Positions 1 to 8,435 of a stretch of DNA of 32,440 bases are shown here, piece after piece. Under the pieces are notes generated by a model, which was not told the origin of the DNA, searched no databases, and saw nothing but the letters and a program-made list of their open reading frames with translations. Location of the stretch: assembly GCA_030696265.1 (NCBI GenBank), contig JAUYSO010000017.1, positions 136,368 to 168,807 of the forward strand, written 5' to 3'. The DNA comes from Myxococcales bacterium (GTDB lineage Bacteria; Myxococcota; Myxococcia; Myxococcales; Myxococcaceae). How positions within the stretch are numbered: the first letter of the stretch is position 1; every line of letters starts with the position of its first letter. Position numbers and translations under genes: made by a program.

Positions 1-2865
1 GAGTGCGTCGTCGGTGAGGCTGATGGTGGTGGTGGCCGCTGCGTCGACGCCGTCCTTCACGCCGGGCGTCGCGGACTTCAGGTCTGCCGTGAACGACGGG
101 CCGTTCTTCACCTTGAAGGCGATGATGGCGTCGACCTCTTTGGCGAGGTTGGCGTTCTTCGCGAGGCGCTCCTTGAGGGCGGCGATGATCTTCGGCGCCT
201 TCGCCTCAGCAGGAGCGCTCGCCTGCGCCGCAGGAGCCGCCGCTGCCGGTGCCGGTGCGGACCCGAGGGCCGACTCGAACTCCTTGCGATCGATCTTCTT
301 GAGGAAGTCGAGCTTCTGCGACGCCATCACGTTGCCGCTGATCTTCAGCTTGCCGCCCTGGAAGAGCTTCATCGGGTCGGCCTTGCCGCTCACCATGTCG
401 AGCCAGTCGGCATCGGAGAGGTCGAGCGTGCAGTCGGCCTTCTCGGCGGTGCCAGCCTTCACCGAGCCGCCGCCGTTCTTGAGGTCGAGCACCCAGGCGG
501 AGTCGGGGTTCTTGAGGCGGAACTGGTAGACGTTGCCGACGGCCTTCACGAGGTCGGGGCTCTTCGACAGGTACGCGCCGATGGCCTGGAAGCTGATGGC
601 TGAGGTGACCGTCGCAGCTGCAGCGGCTGCGGGAGCAGGAGCAGCTCCACCTGAGACCGCCGCGGCGACGGCCGAGCGATCCATCTTCTTGAGGAAGTCG
701 AGCTTCTGCGACGCCATCACGTTGCCGGAGATCTTCAGCTTGCCGCCCTGGAAGAGCTTCATCGGGTCGGCCTTGCCGCTCACCATGTCGAGCCAGTCGG
801 CGTCCGAGAGGTCGAGCGTGCAGTCGGCCTTCTCGACCGTGCCGGCCTTCACCGAGCCGCCGCCGTTCTTGAGGTCGAGCACCCACGCGGAGTCAGGGTT
901 CTTGAGGCGGAACTGGTAGACGTTGCCGACGCTCTTCACCAGCTCGGGGTGCGAGGCGAGGTGCGCGCCGATGGCGTTGAACGAAGCGGCGGCGTCGATC
1001 TTCGCGGCGACGGGCGCAGCAGCAGCGGCGGCCTTCGGAGCCTCCTTCGCCTTCGGCTTCGGGATCTCAGGGTAGAGCTCGACGGCGGCGTTCGAGATGC
1101 AGACCTTCTCGCGCTCGACGACGGTGGCGCGAACGATGATGCGAAGATCGCTCTCCTTCCACATCTCGATCTTGAGCGTCTCGCCCGGGTACACGGTCTC
1201 GGCGAAGCGCACCTTGATGCTCTTGAAGAAGCGCGGATCGCCCTTGCTGAACGCATTGATGACGGCGCGGCCGACGAAGCCGAACGTGCACAGGCCGTGG
1301 AGGATGGGCTTGTTGAAGCCGAACATCGTCGCGAACTCGGGGTCGACGTGCAGCGGGTTCCAGTCGCCCGAGAGGCGATAGAGGAGCGCCTGGCTCTCGG
1401 TCGTCTTCTCGGTCGCGACAGCATCGGGAGGACGGCTCGGCGGCACGTTGACGTCGGACGAGGGGCCTCGGTCGCCGCCCCAGCCACCGGCGCCGCGCAC
1501 CACCATCGAGACGTCGTTCTTCACCAGCAGCTCGCCGCTCTTCGCGTCGTACGTGTCGAGGTGCGTGACGACGACGGCGTTCTTGCCCTTGTCGAGGATC
1601 TCCGAGATGCGCGCCTTGTGCACGAGCTCGGCGCTCGGCGGCAGCGGGCGGAGCACCTCGGTGTATTGCTCTCCGTGGAGGATGCGGTCGAGCCCGTAGT
1701 GCAGGCCCGGCGCGCTCTTGCCTTCGGAGACCATCTTGAAGATGGCGTTGAGCGCGGGGATCACGCCGTACGTGGGCAGCGCGTAGAAGCCTTCGCCGTT
1801 GCGCTCGTAGACGAGGTGCAGGTCGCTCGCGTCGGTCGGGTTCTTCCCGGCGCCAACGCCGAGCGCATACAGCGCAAGGTCTCGCTCGTCATACGTCGAG
1901 CGCGCCTCTTCCATCTCGAAGCCGAGCGCCGCGTCGACGTCGATGAACTCGTTGCCGCCCTTCGACTTCGACGACAGGTTCGACATCACGGGGCCGAGCG
2001 CCTCGGTGATGTTGGCGGGGTGCGTGGACTTCGTGAAGTCGGTGACCTGCTCCCATGCGCCACGAATGGCCTCGGGGGAGATCTCGCGGCCGAGCTTGAA
2101 CGTCTTGCCCTCGGTGCGCTCCCAGCGGAGCTTGCCGAAGAAGCCGGCGCCGACCTCGAAGAGGCCGCCGTTCTCGGTGCACTCCTCGTGCGCGAGCCAC
2201 GCGACGAGCGGCGTCACGTACTCGGGCTTCAGGTTCTCGAGCATGTCCTTCGGCAGCACCGTCTCGGTGAGCCGCGACGCCGCGATGGGCGCGATGGCGT
2301 TGGCGCGCACGTTCTTCTTCTCGCCTTCGATGGCGAGCGTGTTCGACAGGCCGACCAGGCCGAGCTTGGCGGCCGAGTAGTTCGCCTGACCGAAGTTGCC
2401 GTAGATGCCGGCGGCCGAGGTGGTGAAGATGATGCGCCCGTAGCCCTGGTCGCGCATGTACGGCCACGCCGCGTGCGAACAGGCGAACGCGCCGTTCACA
2501 TGCACGCGCATGATCAGGTCCCAGTCGTCCTTCGTCATCTTCTGGAAGCTGACGTCGCGGAGGATGCCGGCGTTGTTGATCAGCACGTCGATGCGGCCGA
2601 ACGCGTCGATGGCCGTCTTGATGATCTTGTCGCCGTTCTCGACCGAGTCGTAGTTGGCGACGGCAGCACCCCCGGCAGCCTTGATCTCTTCGACGACCTT
2701 GTCGGCAGCGGCCGACGACTGGCCCGCTCCGTGCGCGGTGCCGCCGAGGTCGTTCACCACGACCTTCGCGCCGCGCTTGCCGAAGAACAACGCGTGGGAG
2801 CGGCCAAGCCCTGCGCCCGCGCCCGTGATGACCACCACTTTTCCGTCGAAGCGAAGCTCACTCAT
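1..2865 (-). CDS. Peroxisomal-MFE-2-like multifunctional beta-oxidation enzyme: N-terminal SDR dehydrogenase, MaoC/hotdog (R)-hydratase, then three SCP2 sterol-carrier domains. Partial: the C-terminus runs off the window start.
   Basis: The minus-strand frame starting at ATG (complement of 2863-2865) translates as MSELRFDGKVVVITGAGAGLGR...NNAGILRD, a Rossmann TGxxxGxG SDR. At about 1380-1340 it gives LYRLSGDWNPLHVDP (hydratase-2/MaoC signature). Two near-identical SCP2 domains follow (…VGNVYQFRLKNPDSAWVLDLKNGGGSVKAG…ADCTLDLSDADWLDMVSGKADPMKLFQGGKLKISGNVMASQKLDFLKK). A third, divergent SCP2 (…AFKVKNGPSFTADLK…TTTISLTDDAL) is still open at position 1. It is missing from the ORF track because there is no stop inside the window. 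The + strand ORF 949..2892 is its shadow. Confidence 0.85.
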   Translation of the reverse strand, partial: MSELRFDGKVVVITGAGAGLGRSHALFFGKRGAKVVVNDLGGTAHGAGQSSAAADKVVEEIKAAGGAAVANYDSVENGDKIIKTAIDAFGRIDVLINNAGILRDVSFQKMTKDDWDLIMRVHVNGAFACSHAAWPYMRDQGYGRIIFTTSAAGIYGNFGQANYSAAKLGLVGLSNTLAIEGEKKNVRANAIAPIAASRLTETVLPKDMLENLKPEYVTPLVAWLAHEECTENGGLFEVGAGFFGKLRWERTEGKTFKLGREISPEAIRGAWEQVTDFTKSTHPANITEALGPVMSNLSSKSKGGNEFIDVDAALGFEMEEARSTYDERDLALYALGVGAGKNPTDASDLHLVYERNGEGFYALPTYGVIPALNAIFKMVSEGKSAPGLHYGLDRILHGEQYTEVLRPLPPSAELVHKARISEILDKGKNAVVVTHLDTYDAKSGELLVKNDVSMVVRGAGGWGGDRGPSSDVNVPPSRPPDAVATEKTTESQALLYRLSGDWNPLHVDPEFATMFGFNKPILHGLCTFGFVGRAVINAFSKGDPRFFKSIKVRFAETVYPGETLKIEMWKESDLRIIVRATVVEREKVCISNAAVELYPEIPKPKAKEAPKAAAAAAPVAAKIDAAASFNAIGAHLASHPELVKSVGNVYQFRLKNPDSAWVLDLKNGGGSVKAGTVEKADCTLDLSDADWLDMVSGKADPMKLFQGGKLKISGNVMASQKLDFLKKMDRSAVAAAVSGGAAPAPAAAAAATVTSAISFQAIGAYLSKSPDLVKAVGNVYQFRLKNPDSAWVLDLKNGGGSVKAGTAEKADCTLDLSDADWLDMVSGKADPMKLFQGGKLKISGNVMASQKLDFLKKIDRKEFESALGSAPAPAAAAPAAQASAPAEAKAPKIIAALKERLAKNANLAKEVDAIIAFKVKNGPSFTADLKSATPGVKDGVDAAATTTISLTDDAL
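282..990. repeat. Tandem duplication, two units of about 390 bp at roughly 282-600 and 672-990, more than 90% identical over about 270 bp. Each unit encodes one SCP2 domain plus its Ala/Pro-rich linker.
   Basis: The block atcttcttgaggaagtcgagcttctgcgacgccatcacgttgcc...gagcttcatcgggtcggccttgccgctcaccatgtcgagccagtcgg...cttgaggcggaactggtagacgttgccgac is repeated with only scattered substitutions. The translated domains differ at about 6 residues. Confidence 0.8.
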
Positions 2866-2932
2866 GCGTGCGTCCTCTCGAGGGGCCGGTGAACGAATGA
2901 CCCGAAGCCGTGCGGCACTGGGGGCTTCAGAG

Positions 2933-2948
2933 CAGAATATTGATTCTG
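2933..2948. promoter_or_regulatory. Perfect 6-4-6 inverted repeat CAGAAT-ATTG-ATTCTG in the divergent intergenic region between the MFE-2-like gene and the SGNH hydrolase gene. A third ATTCTG half-site lies at 3011-3016. Putative operator for a dimeric transcription factor.
   Basis: The palindrome was read directly. It sits in an AT-rich patch (agcagaatattgattctggagtcaacatcg) unusual for a 70% GC genome. It is 70 bp upstream of the minus-strand ATG and 85 bp upstream of the plus-strand GTG. Confidence 0.3.
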
Positions 2949-3032
2949 GAGTCAACATCGGAGCTTTGACCGTCCGGAGGACCGTCACCGGCGCGCGACA
3001 CTGCACGCCAATTCTGAAGCACACTCCGCGCG

Positions 3033-5096
3033 GTGCGCGTCCTCTCTGCGGTCGTGAAGGTGCTCGTCGGGCTCACCCTTGGCGTCGTCATCGCCGAGCT
3101 CGTCTTCCGTGCGCGTGACGACGGCGCGTTCCCTCACCTGAACCTCTACGAAGAAGACGCGTCGCTCGGCGTGAAGCTCGCGCCGAACGCGCAGATGAAG
3201 CTCAAGCTCGGCACCAACCCGACGACGACCATTCACACCAACGCGCTCGGCTTCCGCGGGAGCGACTGGGCATCCCCTGCTCCGACCGACGTCCTGGTGG
3301 TCGGCGACTCGCAGGTCTTCGGACTCGGCGTGGAAGACGGCGAGACGTTTTCGGCGCAGCTGGCGGCGATTCGGAAAGTGAACGTGCTCAACGCGGGCGT
3401 GCCGACGTACGGCCCGGGCGAATACACGGCGCTGGTCGAGCGCCTCGTCGCCGAGCGAAAGCCGAAGCACGTCGTCTACGTGATGAACGTGTCGAACGAC
3501 CTCTTCGAGCTCGGCAAGCCGAACAGCGGCCGCCACCACGTGTGGGACGGCTGGGCGGTGCGCAGCGAGACGGCTCCGACCTCGACGGTGAACTTCCCGT
3601 TCCGGCACGCGGTGATGAACGGTTCTCACCTCGTCTACGCGGCCCGCCGCCTCATGGCCGGCTCGGTGAACCTCGCGCAAGAGAGCGCTGGAGAAGGCAC
3701 GTGGAAGGACATCGTCACGGCGTCGTCGGTCACCAAGCCGCTGGAGCGCGACGACACCGCGACGAAGGAGGCGCTCGAGAAGCGCAACGCGACGACGAAG
3801 CAGCTCGACGAGCTTCAGCTCGAGCTCGACCGTCACGTGACGGACCGGATCAACCAGAACGAGCCGTACGCGCAGGCCGCGAAGGTGCTCCCGCCGCTCA
3901 AGAACGGTGACCCGCGCGACATCGTGCAGGTGCCGTTCATGGAAGGCGCGCGCGCCGTCGACGTCACCGCGCACCAGCTCTACACGGCGGCGCTCGGCAT
4001 CGAGGGCAACGAAGACAAGCTGCTCGCGATCGCCGAGAAGACGAAGGACGCCGAGCTGAAGGCGCTCGTCGAGAAGCGCAAGGCGCTGCGGATCGCACTG
4101 GGTTCGACGCTGGGTACTTCAGACGCCCACGCCGTCACGCCGCTCGAGGCTCTTTTCCAGCGCACGAAGGACGCCTGCGACCAGGCGGGAGCGACATTGC
4201 TGGTGGTCGCGCTTCCGCTCGACGTGATGGTCTCGAAGGACGAGTGGAAGAAGTACGGCAAGGAGCCTGTCGACCTCTCGGTCACGCAGGTCCTGCTCGA
4301 CGACATCGTGTCGCGCGCTGAAGCGATTGGTGCGCTCGCGCTCGACCCGACCGAGGCGCTCCGCAAGGCCGAGCCCGGCGCGTTCCTCGACGGCGACCTT
4401 CACCTCACGCCGAAGGGCCATCGTGCCTTCGCTGAAGCGCTCCACGTGGCGCTCGACTCGAAACCGAAGCCGAAGAGCGCACTCGTGTTGCCAGAAGGTC
4501 GTTCGTGGCCGCCGACGGACGACGAGTGGCGCGCCGTGCCTGAGGTGAACGTGAAGGGCTCGACCGCCGCGAACTGCGAGACCCGGCAGGTGCGCGAGTG
4601 GTTCCGCATGACGTGCCGGGATCTGTACCCTGATGAAGAAGACGCTCCGACGCTGCGCGTCGAGTCGATTCAGGTGCTCCGTGGAGGCCACGGCGACGTG
4701 TTGCTCGACGGCTCGTACAACCAGCGCACCGTGATCCTGCCGGTGCTCGATGGAGAGACGACCGTCCTCGACGTCGCCTGGGAAGACCACACGCGCGAGC
4801 TCATCCTCGAGCACCCCAAAGGCGGCGCGCCGAAGCGAGCCTTCGGCGACAAGGAACCGAAACGGAAGACCGAGCGCCCAAACTGGAAGGGGATGGATGC
4901 CGACGGGAATCCCTGTCGCGACCGGCGCTGTGAGCCAGTGGAGTGGTCGAACCCGCTCCGGGCCATCACCTGCAAGGAGGGCGAAGTGCCCTCCGGTGCG
5001 CTCCGTCGCTGCGCCGTCCCCTGTAACACCTCGGCGCCCTGCGCGACGGGCACGTGCCACCCGTGGCCGACCGGCGACTTCTGCGGAGCGCCCTGA
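3033..5096 (+). CDS. Membrane-anchored SGNH/GDSL-family hydrolase or acyl-esterase with a long helical middle region and a Cys-rich C-terminal domain.
   Basis: GTG start. The N-terminal hydrophobic helix is VLVGLTLGVVIAELVF. SGNH block I reads VLVVGDSQVFGLGVEDGETF and is followed by NAGVPTYGPGEY. About 12 Cys lie in the last 150 aa (CETRQVREWFRMTC…CRDRRCEPVEW…CAVPCNTSAPCATGTCHPWPTGDFC). Third-position GC is high throughout. Confidence 0.7.
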   Translation: MRVLSAVVKVLVGLTLGVVIAELVFRARDDGAFPHLNLYEEDASLGVKLAPNAQMKLKLGTNPTTTIHTNALGFRGSDWASPAPTDVLVVGDSQVFGLGVEDGETFSAQLAAIRKVNVLNAGVPTYGPGEYTALVERLVAERKPKHVVYVMNVSNDLFELGKPNSGRHHVWDGWAVRSETAPTSTVNFPFRHAVMNGSHLVYAARRLMAGSVNLAQESAGEGTWKDIVTASSVTKPLERDDTATKEALEKRNATTKQLDELQLELDRHVTDRINQNEPYAQAAKVLPPLKNGDPRDIVQVPFMEGARAVDVTAHQLYTAALGIEGNEDKLLAIAEKTKDAELKALVEKRKALRIALGSTLGTSDAHAVTPLEALFQRTKDACDQAGATLLVVALPLDVMVSKDEWKKYGKEPVDLSVTQVLLDDIVSRAEAIGALALDPTEALRKAEPGAFLDGDLHLTPKGHRAFAEALHVALDSKPKPKSALVLPEGRSWPPTDDEWRAVPEVNVKGSTAANCETRQVREWFRMTCRDLYPDEEDAPTLRVESIQVLRGGHGDVLLDGSYNQRTVILPVLDGETTVLDVAWEDHTRELILEHPKGGAPKRAFGDKEPKRKTERPNWKGMDADGNPCRDRRCEPVEWSNPLRAITCKEGEVPSGALRRCAVPCNTSAPCATGTCHPWPTGDFCGAP

Positions 5097-5099
5097 CCC

Positions 5100-5774
5100 A
5101 TGCGGCTCGTCTTCGCGCGACTGCTCAAGCCGTTTCGCTGGCGAAGCCCACGGGCCACCGCGCGCATGTTGATGGCGTTCGCGCGCGCCGAGCGCTCCAG
5201 CTTCTTCGACATGATGGAGGCGGCGAACACCACGAGCGATCTCTCGCGCCGCGCCAAATACCTGAGCCACGCCGTCGATGAGAATCGCCACGCGCAGATG
5301 TTCTCGCTGCGTGCGGTGGAGCTCGACCCCACGCTCGCCTTCGACGACTCGGTGGCGCGCGCCGACTTCGAGCACTTGTTCACGCGACTGGGAGAAGCGC
5401 GCTTCCTGGCCTTCGTGCACCTCGGAGAGAAGCGTGGCCGCGCGCAGATGAAGCTGTTCCGCGATGAGCTCGCCGCGTTCGAAGGCACGGCCCGCGCGGA
5501 CACGAAGACGAAAGCGCTCCTCGACGCGGTGATGGTCGATGAAGCGGTCCACGAGTCGTACACGCGGGAGTTCCTTTCCACGCTTGCACCCGATGCCAGC
5601 GAACTGCGCAGCGCGCGGTTCTGGGAGCTTCGTCGCGGGTGGCTGCGGTGGGGCGCGGCGTCGTCAGGGGTGTTGTTCACGCTGACGATGTGGACGCTCT
5701 ACGTGTTGATGGCCCCACTGGCGCTGATGGAGCAGCTCAAGGCTCCGAGCGCTTCAGGGTGGCGAGCACCGTAA
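5100..5774 (+). CDS. Ferritin-like di-iron-carboxylate four-helix-bundle protein with a C-terminal transmembrane helix. Function unknown.
   Basis: The ATG lies 3 nt after the TGA of the SGNH gene, so the two are translationally coupled. Two ExxH motifs (DENRHAQMF and DEAVHESY), each with an upstream Glu (FFDMMEAAN, HLGEKRG), match an E…ExxH…E…ExxH di-iron site. The C-terminal hydrophobic segment is GVLFTLTMWTLYVLMAPLALM. Confidence 0.55.
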   Translation: MRLVFARLLKPFRWRSPRATARMLMAFARAERSSFFDMMEAANTTSDLSRRAKYLSHAVDENRHAQMFSLRAVELDPTLAFDDSVARADFEHLFTRLGEARFLAFVHLGEKRGRAQMKLFRDELAAFEGTARADTKTKALLDAVMVDEAVHESYTREFLSTLAPDASELRSARFWELRRGWLRWGAASSGVLFTLTMWTLYVLMAPLALMEQLKAPSASGWRAP

Positions 5775-5780
5775 CGGCGG

Positions 5781-6656
5781 TCAGGGCGGCGCTTCGAGCT
5801 TCAACGCGCCGAGCAGCTGCTCCCACCCGCGCTCGAGCTCGGGCCCGGCCTCGTTCGGACCGGTCGCCTCGAGCGTCAACGCCGGCGCTCGGCTCGAGGG
5901 CGCACCGGCGTGCACCCACTCGAAACGAAGCGTCTTCACGGCGGCAGGCGTGGTGAGCGTCATCACCAGCTCCGTCCCGCGCAGGCCAGCCACGGTACGG
6001 GAGCGCTCACGGAGAACCTGGAGCGTGCCGCCGAGCTGCTCCACCTCACGCGCGATGTCGGCTGGCGCTCGTTCTCGGGCGACGACGTTCGAGCTCACGA
6101 TGAGGCTCAGGCGAGCGCGAGCCGGGCCGACGAGCGAGAGCCGGGCGTTCTCGACCTGGGAGACGCGCTGAAACGCACCGTGCTCGACCCCGAACCCATC
6201 ACGACTGTGCGGCGTGTAGACGCGCACCAATTCGCGCAGCAGCTTCTCGGCGATGGGCAGCTTGCCCTCGGGAAACTCGCGGCGCAGCCACAGCACGTGG
6301 TCGTCGTACGGCTTCATCAGCTCGATCAGCAGATCGTTCCCACTCATGAAGGTGACCGCGCGGCCTGCGTCGCCCCAATCGAACCGCTCCCGCTCGGCGC
6401 CGGCAGGGAGCGCGGCGAGGTGACGTGCCCACCGCTCGTCGGGCGACAGCTCCAGCGGCTCGGTCCACGCCTCGGTGCCGGTGAGCACCGTCTCACTGCT
6501 CTCGCGGGTGAAGCCGGGTGGCACGCCGACGCGCAGGCGGCCGAGCGGCAACAGCGACGGCGCAGCGACAGGTTGCACGTCCACGTTCGGAGCAAAGAGA
6601 GGTCGAGGGCTGGCGCAGCCCACCGCGATCGTGGCGACCATGAGCCAGTGCCTCAC
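5781..6656 (-). CDS. Lipoprotein of unknown function.
   Basis: The N-terminus MRHWLMVATIAVGC carries a lipobox (AVG|C). The amino-acid composition is balanced. It converges on the di-iron gene with a 6-nt gap. Confidence 0.7.
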   Translation of the reverse strand: MRHWLMVATIAVGCASPRPLFAPNVDVQPVAAPSLLPLGRLRVGVPPGFTRESSETVLTGTEAWTEPLELSPDERWARHLAALPAGAERERFDWGDAGRAVTFMSGNDLLIELMKPYDDHVLWLRREFPEGKLPIAEKLLRELVRVYTPHSRDGFGVEHGAFQRVSQVENARLSLVGPARARLSLIVSSNVVARERAPADIAREVEQLGGTLQVLRERSRTVAGLRGTELVMTLTTPAAVKTLRFEWVHAGAPSSRAPALTLEATGPNEAGPELERGWEQLLGALKLEAPP

Positions 6657-6731
6657 AGCGGGAACTCACCTCGAAAGGGGACCCTGCGCTACCGTCTTCC
6701 GTCTGCGCTCCTCGACTTCACAGGCAGCTCC

Positions 6732-8432
6732 ATGAGCGCCGTGCTCGGCATCTCGGCGAACTACCACGACGCGGCGGCGGCGCTGGTCGTCGACGGCCAG
6801 CTCATCGCGGCGATGCAGGAGGAGCGCTTCTCTCGCATCAAGAACGATCCCTCGTTGCCGATCGCCGCCGCGCGCGCGTGTCTGGCGATGGCGAAGCTCG
6901 ACGTGAAAGACCTCACGCACGTCGTCTTCTACGAGAACCCGTACCGCAAGCTCGAGCGCGTGCTCACGATGATGCTGCGCTCCTTCCCTGGCTCCTTGCG
7001 CCAATTCCCGCGCGCCATCGCGTCGCAACTGAGCGGCAAGGTGCAGGTCCTCGACGAACTCTCGAGCCGCCTCGGGGTTCCGCGCGACCGCATCAGCCAT
7101 CGCGAACACCACGAGTCACACGCCGCGAGCGCGTTCTTCTGCAGCCCCTTCCCTCGCGCCGCCGTGCTCACCGTCGACGCCGTCGGCGAAGAGACCTCGA
7201 CCGCGCTGTGGCTCGGCGAAGGCACCACGCTCACGCTGCTGGAGCGCATCACCTTCCCCCACTCGCTTGGCCTGCTCTACTCGGCGCTGACGGCGTGGTG
7301 CGGCTTCGAGGTGAACGAGGGCGAGTACAAGGTGATGGGCCTCGCCGCGTTCGGCACGCCGCGCTTCCGCGCCGAGTTCGAGAAGCTCGTCACGCTCGCG
7401 CAAGACGGCAGCTTCGAACTCCACCTCGAGTACTTCGACGCGCACGCGAACACCGAGGTCGGGTTCTCCTCGAAGCTCGAGGCCCTGCTCGGACCGCGTC
7501 GCATGCCGGGTACGCCGTGGAACTTCTCCGACGCCGCCGATCGACGCTTCGCCGACGTCGCGTGCACGCTCCAGGCAGTGCTGGAGGACGCGATGTTGGG
7601 GCTCGCGAGCCGAGCGAAGGCCCGCACGCAAGCCGACGCGCTCTGTCTCGCTGGAGGCGTCGCGCTCAACGCCGTGTCGAACGCCCGCCTCGCGCGCAGC
7701 GCCGGTTTTCGTGACGTCTTCGTTCAACCTGCCGCAGGCGACGCGGGTGGAGCACTCGGTGCCGCCCTCCTCGGGGCCCTCGACGCGCGCACGCCGCGAG
7801 TCACTCCGATGGAGCACAGCGCGTGGGGCCTTCCTGTCTCGGCCGATGACGCACGCAGCATCGCGACGTCGCTCGGCCTCAAGATGACTTCGCTCGCGAA
7901 CCCCGCGACCGACGTGGCCGCGCTGCTCGCAAAAGGAGACGTCGTCGCCTTCGTGCAAGGCCGCTTCGAGTGGGGCCCGCGCGCGCTCGGCCATCGTTCG
8001 TTGCTTTCGCTCCCGACGCCGCTCGCCGTGAAGGAGCGCCTCAACCGCGTCATCAAACGCCGCGAGCCGTTTCGCCCGTTCGCGCCCGCGGTGCTCGAAA
8101 GCGACGCCTCACGCTTCTTCGGTCCCTTCGCGTCACGCCTCGCGCCGTTCATGGTGACGGTGGCCGACGTGAGAGACGACGCGAAGCCCGTGCTCGAGGC
8201 CGTCACGCACGTCGATGGCACCGCGCGCGTGCAGACCGTGCTTCCCTCCACACCCTTCGGAGCCCTCATCGACGCGGTCGGCCGCCAGACGGGAACACCC
8301 GTGGTGCTCAACACCTCACTCAACGGGAAGAGCGAGCCCATCGTCGCGTCGGTCGCTGACGCGTTCGCGTTCTTTCTCGGCCACTCCGCCGACGCGCTGG
8401 TCGTCGAGGACGTGCTCATTCGCAAGTCGTGA
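6732..8432 (+). CDS. Carbamoyltransferase of the NodU/CmcH/TobZ family (O-carbamoyltransferase).
   Basis: The N-terminus MSAVLGISANYHDAAAALVVDGQLIAAMQEERFSRIKNDPSLP is the conserved start of this family. The metal-binding motif HHESHAASAF is present. A GGVALN-type ATP-binding region follows later. The ORF-track entry 5910..8432 is an artefactual 5' extension that overlaps the minus-strand lipoprotein gene. Confidence 0.9.
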   Translation: MSAVLGISANYHDAAAALVVDGQLIAAMQEERFSRIKNDPSLPIAAARACLAMAKLDVKDLTHVVFYENPYRKLERVLTMMLRSFPGSLRQFPRAIASQLSGKVQVLDELSSRLGVPRDRISHREHHESHAASAFFCSPFPRAAVLTVDAVGEETSTALWLGEGTTLTLLERITFPHSLGLLYSALTAWCGFEVNEGEYKVMGLAAFGTPRFRAEFEKLVTLAQDGSFELHLEYFDAHANTEVGFSSKLEALLGPRRMPGTPWNFSDAADRRFADVACTLQAVLEDAMLGLASRAKARTQADALCLAGGVALNAVSNARLARSAGFRDVFVQPAAGDAGGALGAALLGALDARTPRVTPMEHSAWGLPVSADDARSIATSLGLKMTSLANPATDVAALLAKGDVVAFVQGRFEWGPRALGHRSLLSLPTPLAVKERLNRVIKRREPFRPFAPAVLESDASRFFGPFASRLAPFMVTVADVRDDAKPVLEAVTHVDGTARVQTVLPSTPFGALIDAVGRQTGTPVVLNTSLNGKSEPIVASVADAFAFFLGHSADALVVEDVLIRKS

Positions 8433-8435
8433 GCG

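Noticed and set aside
949-2892. 647-aa + strand ORF
   Set aside because: Shadow of the minus-strand MFE-2-like gene. The translation is Arg/Asp/Gly/Leu-rich junk, while the opposite strand gives textbook SDR and MaoC motifs.
5910-6731. 5' extension of the carbamoyltransferase ORF (track start 5910)
   Set aside because: The extension overlaps the convergent lipoprotein gene and translates to Arg/Gly-rich low complexity. The conserved family N-terminus (MSAVLGISANYHD…) begins at 6732.
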